A stretch of 59,435 bases of DNA, the filler included. It is 6 parts of 6 records of this genome, joined end to end, with 100 filler letters (N's around TTAATTAATTAA, not from the genome) between each part and the next. Parts side by side here need not be neighbours in the genome. Positions count along the whole stretch, not along the records: positions 1 to 14,118 come from DRR378314_1112; 5 more parts are not named here. One strand, written 5' to 3'. Numbering within the stretch: the first letter of the stretch is position 1; each line of letters starts with the position of its first letter. Shown in pieces: positions 1 through 9,168 of this stretch. The position numbers and the translations under genes were made by a program. The notes under the pieces were generated by a model. That model was not told the DNA's origin. It searched no databases and saw only the letters and a list, made by a program, of their open reading frames with translations.

Positions 1-96
1 GCCAAGCCGCATGTCCTGTTCTACGCGACCAAACGCGTGGGCGGCGATGTGAGCGATTTTGCAGCAATCAAGCTTTTGAAATTCGGCACCGCCTAA
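1..96 (+). CDS. GTA major capsid protein (RcGTA g5 homolog), 3' end only
   Basis: Frame 1 reads AKPHVLFYATKRVGGDVSDFAAIKLLKFGTA*, the typical C-terminus of HK97-fold GTA capsids; lies directly upstream of the GTA head-completion genes. Confidence 0.92.
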   Translation, partial: AKPHVLFYATKRVGGDVSDFAAIKLLKFGTA

Positions 97-108
97 ACGG
101 TGGCGGAT

Positions 109-217
109 CCGGGGGGCCATTGGCCCTTCGGGCGGCGGGCGCGGGCCGGGGTGAGATCCCCCGCGTTGTCTAGCTGCTCCCCTCCGTCCGAGCAACGTGG
201 GGCGGCGCGTGCCCGTC
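109..217 (+). other. Putative structured cis-regulatory RNA between GTA capsid gene and adaptor gene
   Basis: Hairpin 109-131 plus nested stems 134-143/208-217, 145-148/203-206 and 159-168/193-202, closing a C-rich loop TAGCTGCTCCCCTCCGTCC (171-189); paired by eye. Confidence 0.55.
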
Positions 218-266
218 ATTTTCATGAGAGAGGCCCCGGTGGGGTCCGAGATTGCGGAGTGAATGG

Positions 267-866
267 ATGATGTTGATCGAAGAAACCGCCATCGCGGATG
301 CGGCGCTGCCGGTGGATCAGTTCAAGGCGCATCTGCGGCTGGGTTCGGGTTTTGCCGAAGATGATGTGCAAGACGAGGTGCTGAAAAGCTTTCTGCGTGC
401 GGCTATTGCGGCGATTGAAGCGCGCACCGGCAAGGTGCTGATCGAGCGGGATTTCTCGTGGAGCTTGAACGGCTGGCGTGACACTGCGGGTGAGGTTTTG
501 CCGGTGGCTCCGATTGGGTCTGTTGATACGGTCACAATGGCCGATGCGTCAGGGACTGAGACCGTAGTGGACGCGGCGGCTTACCGATTGGAGCGCGACA
601 CGCAACGCCCTCGGTTGCGTCCGATGGGGTCTTGTTTGCCAAAGGTACAGACCGGAGGATCGGTGAAGATCGTCTTCACCGCCGGGATGGCGGCGGATTG
701 GGGCGGGCTGCCCGCTGACCTAGGGCAGGCAGTACTGCTGTTGGCAGCGCATTACTATGAATATCGCGATGAAACGGCGCTGGGCGCAGGGTGCATGCCC
801 TTTGGTGTGACGAGTCTGATCCAGCGCTATCGCACGGTGCGCTTCGGTGCCGGGGTGGTGCAATGA
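267..866 (+). CDS. GTA head-tail connector/adaptor (g6 homolog, gp6-like)
   Basis: ATG 267 after GGAG (256-259); motifs FKAHLRLG, AIEARTGK, LPADLGQAVLLLAAHYYEYR; synteny. Confidence 0.92.
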   Translation: MMLIEETAIADAALPVDQFKAHLRLGSGFAEDDVQDEVLKSFLRAAIAAIEARTGKVLIERDFSWSLNGWRDTAGEVLPVAPIGSVDTVTMADASGTETVVDAAAYRLERDTQRPRLRPMGSCLPKVQTGGSVKIVFTAGMAADWGGLPADLGQAVLLLAAHYYEYRDETALGAGCMPFGVTSLIQRYRTVRFGAGVVQ

Positions 867-1201
867 GCACGCCGCGACTGAGCCGTAAGCTGGTGCTGGA
901 GGCTCCGGTCCGCAGCGCCGATGGCGCAGGGGGCTATACCGAGACATGGGCCGCGCTGGGTACGCTTTGGGCCGAGGTGACGGCGCGCAGCGGATCGGAA
1001 CGTGCGGTGGGTGGCGCGTCAGTGTCGCGTGTCGGATTTCGGATTGTGGTGCGAGGGGCGCCCGAGGGGTCGAGTATGCGGCCCGCGCCGGATCAGCGGT
1101 TTCGCGAAGGTGCGCGCCGGTTTGTGATCCGCGCAGTGGCCGAGCGCGATGGGCGTGGCCAGTACCTGACATGTTTTGCAGATGAAGAGGTGGCGGCATG
1201 A
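863..1201 (+). CDS. GTA head-tail adaptor/stopper (g7 homolog)
   Basis: ATGA overlap with g6; DGAGGY..W..LGTLWAEV, RP.PDQRFREG.R.F.I.AV motifs; synteny. Confidence 0.9.
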   Translation: MSTPRLSRKLVLEAPVRSADGAGGYTETWAALGTLWAEVTARSGSERAVGGASVSRVGFRIVVRGAPEGSSMRPAPDQRFREGARRFVIRAVAERDGRGQYLTCFADEEVAA

Positions 1202-1611
1202 GCTATGGCGTATCGGCCGCTTTGCAGGCGGCGGTGTTTCAACAGCTCTCGGGCGACGCACAGGTCAGCACGCTTTCGGGCGGAGCGATCTATGACGCGG
1301 TGCCGGCGGGAACTGTGCCTCAGACCTATGTGACGCTGGGGCCTGAAGAGGTGCGCGAAGCGTCGGACCGGTCGGGCGTTGGCGCAGTACACCGGTTCAC
1401 GGTGTCGGTGGTGTCCGAGGCGGCAGGCTTTGGTGCAGCCAAGACGCTGGCGGGGGCTGTGTGTGATGCGCTGGAAGGCACGGCACTGGTTTTGGACCGG
1501 GGCCGCTTGGTTGGCCTGTGGTTTGAACGCGCCCGCGCGAGACGCACCGGTACAGGCGGTGCGATCCGCCAGATCGACCTGAGATTCCGCGCCCGCGTGG
1601 AAGACGACTAA
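1198..1611 (+). CDS. GTA tail terminator (g8 homolog, DUF3168-like)
   Basis: MSY..SAALQAAVFQ.L, IYDAVP, GF..AK, DLRFRARVED; ATGA overlap. Confidence 0.9.
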   Translation: MSYGVSAALQAAVFQQLSGDAQVSTLSGGAIYDAVPAGTVPQTYVTLGPEEVREASDRSGVGAVHRFTVSVVSEAAGFGAAKTLAGAVCDALEGTALVLDRGRLVGLWFERARARRTGTGGAIRQIDLRFRARVEDD

Positions 1612-1631
1612 GCAATCAACGGAGAGAGCAT

Positions 1632-2045
1632 ATGGCTGCCCAGAACGGAAAAGACCTGTTGGTCAAAGTGGATATGAACGGCACCGGTCTGTTCGAGACC
1701 ATCGCGGGCCTGCGCGCCACGCGGATCAGTTTCAATGCGGAAAGTGTGGATGTGACCAGCCTGGAAAGCCAGGGAGGCTGGCGTGAGTTACTGTCGGGGG
1801 CCGGGGTGAAATCCGCCGCGATCTCGGGCTCGGGCGTGTTCAAGGATGAAGGCACGGATGAGCGCGCGCGTCAGCTTTTCTTTGACGGTGAAACGCCCGG
1901 TTTTCAGGTGATCATCCCGGATTTCGGCATCGTTGAAGGTCCGTTTCAGGTGAGCAGCATTGAATATGCGGGCTCGCATAACGGTGAGGCGACCTATGAG
2001 ATGAGCATGGCAAGCGCCGGTGCGCTGAGCTTTACGGCGCTCTGA
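1632..2045 (+). CDS. GTA major tail tube protein (g9 homolog, TP901-1 family)
   Basis: MAAQNGKDLL.K, AGLRATRISFNAE.VDVT, GGWRELL, EYAGSHNGEATYE; GGAGAG RBS. Confidence 0.95.
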   Translation: MAAQNGKDLLVKVDMNGTGLFETIAGLRATRISFNAESVDVTSLESQGGWRELLSGAGVKSAAISGSGVFKDEGTDERARQLFFDGETPGFQVIIPDFGIVEGPFQVSSIEYAGSHNGEATYEMSMASAGALSFTAL

Positions 2046-2362
2046 TGGCCAATCCGTGGACGGGCGAGGTGGCATTGACCATCGATGGGGAGCGGCGGGT
2101 GCTCAAGCTGACTTTGGGTGCTTTGGCGGAACTGGAGCAGGAGCTGGGGGCCGGGTCCCTGGTGGAACTCGTGCAGCGGTTTGAAGGCGGGGCCTATTCC
2201 AGCGGCGATGTGGTGGCGCTGATTGTGGCTGGTTTGCGCGGTGGGGGTGCTGAGGTCGTCCGCGATGATCTGCTGCATGCCGAGATCGCGGGCGGGCCGA
2301 TGGCAGGGGCCAAGGTCGCCGCCGAGTTGCTGGCGCGGGCTTTCATGGTGCCGGGGCAGTGA
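2045..2362 (+). CDS. GTA tail assembly chaperone (g10 homolog)
   Basis: MANPW.GEV, LKLTLGALAELE motif; position after tail tube. Confidence 0.9.
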   Translation: MANPWTGEVALTIDGERRVLKLTLGALAELEQELGAGSLVELVQRFEGGAYSSGDVVALIVAGLRGGGAEVVRDDLLHAEIAGGPMAGAKVAAELLARAFMVPGQ

Positions 2363-2568
2363 GCGGGTTCGACTGGCCCGCCCTGATGCGAGCCGGGTTT
2401 CTCGGCCTGCGGCTGGCGCCGGAGCAGTTCTGGCGTCTGACCCCAGCCGAGTTGCGGTTGATGCTGGGGCAGGGTGCGAGGCTGCCTGCGATGAACCGGT
2501 CGGGGCTGGATGCGTTGCTGGCGGCCTATCCGGACAAGACACAAGGAGAGTGTGATGACGGATCGTGA
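2359..2568 (+). CDS. GTA small tail assembly chaperone (g10.1 homolog)
   Basis: FDWPALMRAG..GLRL.PEQFWRLTPAEL..MLG, L.AL.AAYPD; GTGA overlap with g10. Confidence 0.88.
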   Translation: MSGFDWPALMRAGFLGLRLAPEQFWRLTPAELRLMLGQGARLPAMNRSGLDALLAAYPDKTQGECDDGS

Positions 2569-3217
2569 AGGTTTTGACGACCTGCAGGAGCGAGGAGAGG
2601 CGTTGGGCGATGCGCTGGGCGATGCCGCCACCATGGCCTCGGCGTTTGACAGCCAAATGAAGCGGATCAGCGCCGCGTTTGAAGAGACCGGCAAGGATGT
2701 TGCCACATTGGAACGCGGTATGTCCGGTGGTTTGCGCAAGGCGTTTGATGGCGTGGTGCTGGATGGGATGAACCTGTCGGGCGCGCTGGATGTCCTGAAG
2801 AACTCGATGATCCGAACGGCCTATTCGGCGGCGATCAAGCCAGTGACGGATCACTTTGGCGGCATGCTGGCCAATGGGGTTGGTAGCCTCGTGCAGGGTA
2901 TTTTGCCCTTTGCGGATGGCGGCAGCTTTTCCCAAGGTCGGGTGATGCCTTTTGCCAATGGTGGGGTTGTCAGCAGCCCGACCATGTTCCCGATGCGCGG
3001 TGGCACCGGGTTGATGGGCGAGGCGGGCCCCGAGGCGATCATGCCGCTGGCGCGTGGGGCGGACGGCAAGCTTGGCGTACGGACGCAGGGTGGGGGCCGG
3101 TCGGTGAATGTGGTCATGAACATCTCGACGCCTGATGTGCAGGGTTTCCGCCGCTCTCAGGGGCAGATCGCGGCGCAAATGAGCCGTGCGTTGGGCCGCG
3201 GCAATCGCAACAGATAA
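2555..3217 (+). CDS. GTA short tape measure protein (g11 homolog)
   Basis: ATG 2555 after AAGGAGAG; FA.GG repeats, GLMGEAGPEAIMPL.RG.DGKLGV, F.RSQGQIAA. Confidence 0.92.
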   Translation: MTDREGFDDLQERGEALGDALGDAATMASAFDSQMKRISAAFEETGKDVATLERGMSGGLRKAFDGVVLDGMNLSGALDVLKNSMIRTAYSAAIKPVTDHFGGMLANGVGSLVQGILPFADGGSFSQGRVMPFANGGVVSSPTMFPMRGGTGLMGEAGPEAIMPLARGADGKLGVRTQGGGRSVNVVMNISTPDVQGFRRSQGQIAAQMSRALGRGNRNR

Positions 3218-3229
3218 GGGGAGCAGATC

Positions 3230-3862
3230 ATGAATTTCCACGAGGTGAGATTTCCCGCCAGCCTGAGCTTTGGCTCGGTCGGCGGTCCTGAGCGGCGCAC
3301 AGATATCGTGACGCTGGCCAACGGGTTTGAAGAGCGCAACACCCCCTGGGCGCATTCACGCAGGCGGTACGATGCCGGGCTGGGGATGCGGTCGCTGGAT
3401 GATGTCGAGACGTTGATCTCGTTCTTCGAGGCGCGACAGGGCCAGATGTTCGGGTTCCGCTGGAAGGACTGGTCGGATTTCAAATCGGGCGCCGCCTCGG
3501 CTGGAGTGGACAAAGGCGATCAGGTGATTGCACGTGGGGATGGTGAGACGACCACGTTTCAGTTGGTCAAGACCTACAGCTCGGGCGGGTTCAGCTATGT
3601 CCGGCCTATTCTGAAACCGGTGCTGGGGACTGTAACTCTGGGGCTGGATCAGGACGCGCAACGCGAGGGTGTTGATTTTGAGGTCGATCTCGCGATCGGA
3701 CGCGTGACATTTACCACGCCACCGCCTGAGCAGGTCGAGATCACTGCCGGGTTCGAGTTCGACGTGCCCGTGCGGTTCGACACTGACAAGATCCAGACCA
3801 GCGTCGCCAGCTTTCAGGCAGGTGACGTGCCGAACGTGCCGGTGGTCGAGGTGCGGGTTTGA
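3230..3862 (+). CDS. GTA distal tail protein (g12 homolog, DUF2460-like)
   Basis: MNFHEVRFP, GGPERRT.IV.L.NGFEERN.PW.HSRRRYDAG, AGFEFDVPVRFDTD. Confidence 0.93.
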   Translation: MNFHEVRFPASLSFGSVGGPERRTDIVTLANGFEERNTPWAHSRRRYDAGLGMRSLDDVETLISFFEARQGQMFGFRWKDWSDFKSGAASAGVDKGDQVIARGDGETTTFQLVKTYSSGGFSYVRPILKPVLGTVTLGLDQDAQREGVDFEVDLAIGRVTFTTPPPEQVEITAGFEFDVPVRFDTDKIQTSVASFQAGDVPNVPVVEVRV

Positions 3863-4746
3863 TGAGCGGGGACAAACAGGCGCTGCAGGCGCATCTGCAA
3901 AGCGGGCTGACCACGACCTGCCGCTGTTGGGCGATCACGCGCCGCGACGGGCGGACATTCGGGTTCACCGATCACGATATGGTGCTGAGCTTTGACGGGC
4001 TCACCTTTAAGGCCAGCACTGGGCTGACCGCCGCAGCCATCGAACAGGCCACGGGCTTGTCGATCGATAACACCGAGGCAATGGGAGCATTGTCTGATGC
4101 CTCGGTCCGGGACGAAGATATCGAGGCGGGTCGCTTTGACGGAGCCGAGGTTCGCGCCTGGCTGGTCAACTGGGCTGACCCAACGCAGCGGATGCTGCAG
4201 TTTCGCGGCTCGATCGGCGAATTGCGCCGCGCGGGTGGGGCATTTCACGCGGAATTGCGCGGGTTGACCGATTTGCTGAACCGGCCATTGGGGCGGATTT
4301 ATCAAAAGCCCTGTACCGCGGTGTTGGGCGATAAAGCATGCCGTTTTGCTTTGGATTCGACTGGTTATCGCGCTGAGGCAGAAATTGTTGCTGTGGATGG
4401 TGCGGGTTTGCGTTTGCAGGGTGCAGATGGTGCCGATGCAGGATGGTTTGAGCGCGGCAGGCTGGATGTGCTGGACGGTGCGGCGCAGGGCTTGTGGGCC
4501 TCGGTCAAACTGGATGAGCAGACTAAAGGCGGGCGCGCCATCACTTTGTGGTCCGCAATTGGTGGCGGGCTGGCGGTGGGAGACCGGGTTCAACTAACCG
4601 CTGGGTGTGACAAACGCATGACCACATGTCGGTTGAAGTTCAACAACATGCTGAACTTTCAGGGCTTTCCAGACCTGCCGCACGAAGACTGGGTTATGGC
4701 GGTGCCTAAGAGAAGCAACCAACACAAAGGCAGGAGCAGGCGGTGA
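3862..4746 (+). CDS. GTA baseplate hub protein (g13 homolog, DUF2163-like)
   Basis: TT.CRCW.I.R.DG..FGFTDHD, C.A.LGD..C, AGCDK...TC..KF.N..NF.GFP.LP (Cys cluster); TGATG overlap. Confidence 0.93.
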   Translation: MSGDKQALQAHLQSGLTTTCRCWAITRRDGRTFGFTDHDMVLSFDGLTFKASTGLTAAAIEQATGLSIDNTEAMGALSDASVRDEDIEAGRFDGAEVRAWLVNWADPTQRMLQFRGSIGELRRAGGAFHAELRGLTDLLNRPLGRIYQKPCTAVLGDKACRFALDSTGYRAEAEIVAVDGAGLRLQGADGADAGWFERGRLDVLDGAAQGLWASVKLDEQTKGGRAITLWSAIGGGLAVGDRVQLTAGCDKRMTTCRLKFNNMLNFQGFPDLPHEDWVMAVPKRSNQHKGRSRR

Positions 4747-5186
4747 TGCAAGCCAAGCAGAAAGTTGTTGATGAAGCGCGGCGCTGGTTAGGCACGCCAT
4801 ACGTGCATCAGGCGTCAGTGCTTGGGGCAGGCGCGGATTGCCTGGGCTTGCTGCGCGGGGTTTGGCGTGGTGTGATGGGGCATGAACCCGAGGCGGTGCC
4901 GGTCTACAGCATGGACTGGTCCGAGCCACAGGGCGAAGAGCGTATGTGGGCTGCGGCCCGCCGTCATCTGATCGAGAAATCGCCCGAGGACATGACCCCG
5001 GGTGACGTGTTGTTGTTTCGGATGCGGGATGCGGCGGTCGCCAAACATCTTGGCATCGTCAGCACCACCGATCCGCAGCGATTTATCCACGCCTATACCG
5101 GACACGGTGTTGTTGAAAATACGCTGAGCGAGCCGTGGCGTCGCCGCGTCGTCGCCTGTTTCGAATTCCCGCTGGAGGACCTCTGA
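4746..5186 (+). CDS. GTA NlpC/P60 cell-wall peptidase (g14 homolog)
   Basis: AR.WLGTPY.HQAS..G.GADCLGLLRGVW, AKHLGI, FIHAY: Cys-His-His catalytic set. Confidence 0.93.
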   Translation: MQAKQKVVDEARRWLGTPYVHQASVLGAGADCLGLLRGVWRGVMGHEPEAVPVYSMDWSEPQGEERMWAAARRHLIEKSPEDMTPGDVLLFRMRDAAVAKHLGIVSTTDPQRFIHAYTGHGVVENTLSEPWRRRVVACFEFPLEDL

Positions 5187-8100
5187 TGGCTACAATACTT
5201 CTGTCTGCCGCTGGTGCGGCAATTGGCGGTTCTATCGGAGGCTCAGTTGCGGGCCTGTCGACGGCAGTGATCGGTCGGGCGGTTGGGGCAACGCTGGGGC
5301 GGGTTATCGACAATCGGCTGATGGCGAGCCAGTCCGTTATGGGCGGCGGCAGCGAGGTTGTCGAAACCGGACGTCTGGATCGCTTTCGTCTGACCGAAAC
5401 CGGTGAGGGCGCGCCGGTGGCGACGGTGTTTGGTCGAATGCGGGTCGGTGGTCAGGTCATCTGGGCATCGGATTTTCTGGAAACCCGATCTACATCGACT
5501 TCGACGCAAACCTCCGGCGGGGGTGGTGGGGGCAAGGGTAAACCAAAGCCTGTTGAGGTCACGACGACAACAACGACGCACAGCTACAGCTATTCGGTGT
5601 CTCTGGCGATAGCTGTTGGTGCGGGTGAGGTCGCGAATATCACGCGCATCTGGGCCGATGGCGAAGAGGTTGAGCGCCGGACGCTGAACATGCGGATCTA
5701 CCGTGGCGATCACGAACAATTGCCCGATCCCCTGATCGAGGCGGTCGAGGGGGCAGGCACGGTGCCTGCATATCGTGGCACGGCATATGTGGTGATCGAG
5801 GATCTGGCGCTGGGTCCTTATGGCAACCGCGTGCCGCAGTTTTCTTTCGAGGTGGTGCGGCAGGAACAGGACGGCATGCCGGACGCCGAAGACGCGCTGT
5901 CGCGGATCGTCAAGGGCGTGGCGCTGATGCCCGGGACCGGGGAATACGCGCTGGCCTCATCTCAGGTGAATTACACCAAAGGGCGGGGGCGCAGCTGGGC
6001 GGCGAATGTTAATTCGCCTTCGGGAAGGTCCGATCTTGTGACGTCGACCCGGGCGCTTGAGAAAGAATTGCCGGGTTGCGAAGCGGCCTCGTTGATCGTT
6101 TCGTGGTTTGGTGATGATCTGCGGTGCGCAGAGTGCCAGATCCGCCCCAAGGTCGAGCGCAAGAATATCGAAGGCAAGAATATGCCTTGGAGTGTTTCGG
6201 GCTTGTCGCGCGCGGCGGCGGGGCAGGTGAAATGGGAGGAGGGGCGCCCGGTCTATGGCGGCACCCCGGCTGATGCAGCTGTGGTGCAGGCGATCCGGCA
6301 TCTGAAGAGTTCTGGCAAACGCGTCATGTTCTATCCGTTCATCCTGATGGAGCAATCAGAAGGCAACGGCCTGCCTGATCCGTGGTCAGATGCGAGCAAT
6401 CAGCCGCATCTGCCGTGGCGGGGGCGAATTACGCTGAGCGTGGCCCCTGGGCGGTCGGGGTCGCCGGATCAGAGCGCGGATGCGGATGCGCAAGTAGCGG
6501 CGTTCTTTGGAACCGCGCGCGCATCGCATTTTTCTGTAGGCAGCGGAACGGTATCTTATAGCGGCCCCAGTGAATGGGGGATGCGGCGGTTCATTCTGCA
6601 TTACGCGGCCATGTGCAAAGCGGCAGGCGGTGTGGATTCATTCTGCATCGGATCAGAAATGCGTGGGCTAACGCAAATCCGTGGGGCATCGGGTTTTGCG
6701 GCGGTTGAGGAATTGCAGTCTCTGGCTGCCGAAGTGCGTGCGATTTTAGGATCAGAGACCAAGATCGGATATGCCGCTGATTGGACCGAATATTTTGGGT
6801 ATCAGCCTCAGGACGGAAGCGGCGATCGGTATTTCCATCTTGACCCGCTATGGGCAGATGAGAACATCGATTTTGTCGGTATCGACAACTATATGCCACT
6901 GTCCGATTGGCGTGATGGTGCATCGCACCTGGATGCTGGGGTATCGAACGGTTCGATCTACGATCTGGATTACCTGCGCGGCAATATCGAAGGGGGTGAA
7001 GGGTACGATTGGTACTATGCCTCGCCCGAGGAAGCCGAAGCGCAGATCAGAAGCACGATCACCGATGACGCACATGGTGAGCCATGGGTTTGGCGGTATA
7101 AGGACCTACGCAACTGGTGGGCAAACCGGCACCACGAAAGGATCGGAGGTGTGCGGCAGGAAACCCCCACAGATTGGGTGCCGGGGGCCAAGCCAATCTG
7201 GTTCACCGAGCTGGGTTGTGCCGCGATCGACAAGGGTACGAACCAGCCGAACAAGTTTCTTGATCCGAAATCATCGGAATCGGATTTGCCGATCTATTCC
7301 AACGGAGTACGGGACGACTTTATCATGGTTCAATACCTCAGAGCCGTCCTTGGCTATTGGGGTGATCCGCAGATTAACCCTGAATCGGACATCTATGAGG
7401 GCCAGATGGTCGACCTGTCTAACGCCTTTGTCTGGGCTTGGGATGCGCGTCCGTTTCCGACTTTTCCCAACCTGCGCTCGCAATGGTCTGATGGGGACAA
7501 TTATGCGCGCGGCCATTGGCTGAATGGTCGATCCGGGTCGCGGACTTTGGCCTCGGTCGTGACCGAGCTTTGCTATGGTGCCGGGGTCACAGCCATCGAT
7601 GTCTCGGAACTGTACGGCGTGGTGCGCGGCTATGCGGTTGAGGATGTGATGAACGCACGGCAGGCGTTGCAACCGTTGATGCTGTGCTATGGGTTTGATG
7701 CGATCGAACGGGATGGTGTTCTGGTGTTTCGAACACGCGATGGGCGCCAAGCGCATGATCTGGATCCTGAACAAATTGCGATCAGTTCGGATATCGACGG
7801 ACCCATCGAACATCGCCGCGAGGCCGAGGCCGAAATGACCGGGCGCGTGCGCCTGCGGTTCGTGCAGTCGGATGCGGATCACGACGTGGTCGCGGAAGAG
7901 GCCGTCTTGCCTGACGACAGAACCCACGCGGTTGCGGTTAACGAAATGCCCTTGTCGATGACCCGTGCCGAGGGGCGCCAGACAGTCGAGCGATGGCTAA
8001 GTGAATCCCGAATCTCGCGTGAAACCGCGCGGTTCGCTCTGCCCCCGTCGCTATTGCATGTGGGGGCCGGAGACGTGGTGCGCCTGCCCGGAGCAGGCGA

Positions 8101-9166
8101 GAGTGCGCTCTACCGGATCGACAGGCTGGAACAGGCCGAAATGCAGCTGGTGGATGCAGTGCGCATTGAACCCGGTGTTTATACACCGTCCGAGGTGCAG
8201 GATGATGTGGCGTCGGCCAAACCTTTCACAGCGCCGGTGCCAGTTCTTCCAGTATTCATGGACCTGCCGCTGATCACCGGGTCCGAAGCGCCGCATGCGC
8301 CCTATCTGGCGATTTCGGCAGAACCCTGGCCCGGTAGCGTTGCGGTGTATTCAGCCGCACAGGATGAAGATTACACGCTTCATCAGGTGATTGCGGGGCA
8401 GGCGGTGATCGGGTTCACCGAAACACCGTTGCGGCGTGCTGGCGCGGGTCTCTGGGACGAAGGCGCGGCGTTACGCGTCAATCTGATCGATGGTGTGTTG
8501 GAATCACGCCCACGATCGGCATTGCTGAGTGGTGCCAATCTGGCCGCCATCGGTGACGGGACGCCCGGCAATTGGGAAGTGTTCCAATTCTCCGAAGCGG
8601 CTTTGCAGGAAGCGGGGGTTTACAATCTCTCGGGTCGGCTGCGTGGACAGTTGGGGACGGATGCCCTGATGCCCGATATCTGGCCAGAAGGGTCAACCTT
8701 TGTTTTGCTTGACGAGCGCGTCTATCAGACTGGATTACTGCGTACGGAACGCCGCGTGGCCAAGCACTATCGCATCGGCCCTGCCACGCGCGGCTATGAG
8801 GACCCGACCTATGTGCATCTGGTTGAAGCCTTCGATGGCAACGGGCTGAGGCCGTATGCGCCGGTGCATTTGCGCGTGTCTGCGTCAGGTTCAGGCGACA
8901 ACATCTCGTGGGTGCGCCGGGCGCGGATCGATGGCGATGACTGGAGTGGGCTTGAGGTGCCTCTGGGGGAAGAGACCGAATCCTATCTGATCCGTGTGTT
9001 TGCAAACGGTGCTTTGCTGCGCGAAACAGTCACCAGTGATCCTGTCTGGCAGTATTCCACTTCGATGAAGGCCGACGATGGGCTGGCCGGGGCCTACGAT
9101 GTTGCGGTCGCACAGGTCTCGGCCACCTATGGTCCCGGGGCGTTTGCCCGTCTTTCGGTAGAGTAG
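5186..9166 (+). CDS. GTA baseplate multidomain protein 'megatron' (g15 homolog)
   Basis: 1326 aa; MATILLSAAGAAIGG start; FGRMRVGGQVIWAS, PAYRGTAYVV, TIM-barrel motifs YAADW.EY and GIDNY.PLSDWRDG, KPIWFTE.GC.AIDKGTNQPN. Confidence 0.94.
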   Translation: MATILLSAAGAAIGGSIGGSVAGLSTAVIGRAVGATLGRVIDNRLMASQSVMGGGSEVVETGRLDRFRLTETGEGAPVATVFGRMRVGGQVIWASDFLETRSTSTSTQTSGGGGGGKGKPKPVEVTTTTTTHSYSYSVSLAIAVGAGEVANITRIWADGEEVERRTLNMRIYRGDHEQLPDPLIEAVEGAGTVPAYRGTAYVVIEDLALGPYGNRVPQFSFEVVRQEQDGMPDAEDALSRIVKGVALMPGTGEYALASSQVNYTKGRGRSWAANVNSPSGRSDLVTSTRALEKELPGCEAASLIVSWFGDDLRCAECQIRPKVERKNIEGKNMPWSVSGLSRAAAGQVKWEEGRPVYGGTPADAAVVQAIRHLKSSGKRVMFYPFILMEQSEGNGLPDPWSDASNQPHLPWRGRITLSVAPGRSGSPDQSADADAQVAAFFGTARASHFSVGSGTVSYSGPSEWGMRRFILHYAAMCKAAGGVDSFCIGSEMRGLTQIRGASGFAAVEELQSLAAEVRAILGSETKIGYAADWTEYFGYQPQDGSGDRYFHLDPLWADENIDFVGIDNYMPLSDWRDGASHLDAGVSNGSIYDLDYLRGNIEGGEGYDWYYASPEEAEAQIRSTITDDAHGEPWVWRYKDLRNWWANRHHERIGGVRQETPTDWVPGAKPIWFTELGCAAIDKGTNQPNKFLDPKSSESDLPIYSNGVRDDFIMVQYLRAVLGYWGDPQINPESDIYEGQMVDLSNAFVWAWDARPFPTFPNLRSQWSDGDNYARGHWLNGRSGSRTLASVVTELCYGAGVTAIDVSELYGVVRGYAVEDVMNARQALQPLMLCYGFDAIERDGVLVFRTRDGRQAHDLDPEQIAISSDIDGPIEHRREAEAEMTGRVRLRFVQSDADHDVVAEEAVLPDDRTHAVAVNEMPLSMTRAEGRQTVERWLSESRISRETARFALPPSLLHVGAGDVVRLPGAGESALYRIDRLEQAEMQLVDAVRIEPGVYTPSEVQDDVASAKPFTAPVPVLPVFMDLPLITGSEAPHAPYLAISAEPWPGSVAVYSAAQDEDYTLHQVIAGQAVIGFTETPLRRAGAGLWDEGAALRVNLIDGVLESRPRSALLSGANLAAIGDGTPGNWEVFQFSEAALQEAGVYNLSGRLRGQLGTDALMPDIWPEGSTFVLLDERVYQTGLLRTERRVAKHYRIGPATRGYEDPTYVHLVEAFDGNGLRPYAPVHLRVSASGSGDNISWVRRARIDGDDWSGLEVPLGEETESYLIRVFANGALLRETVTSDPVWQYSTSMKADDGLAGAYDVAVAQVSATYGPGAFARLSVE

Positions 9167-9168
9167 CG

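Noticed and set aside
1994..3355. 453-aa minus-strand ORF and similar long shadow ORFs (e.g. 33981-34745 +, 11369-12091 +)
   Set aside because: They are antisense to well-supported GC-rich genes and carry no recognisable motifs
1..9166. Prophage
   Set aside because: Gene set and order match RcGTA, the tape measure is very short, cysE is adjacent, and no integrase, replication or immunity genes are visible
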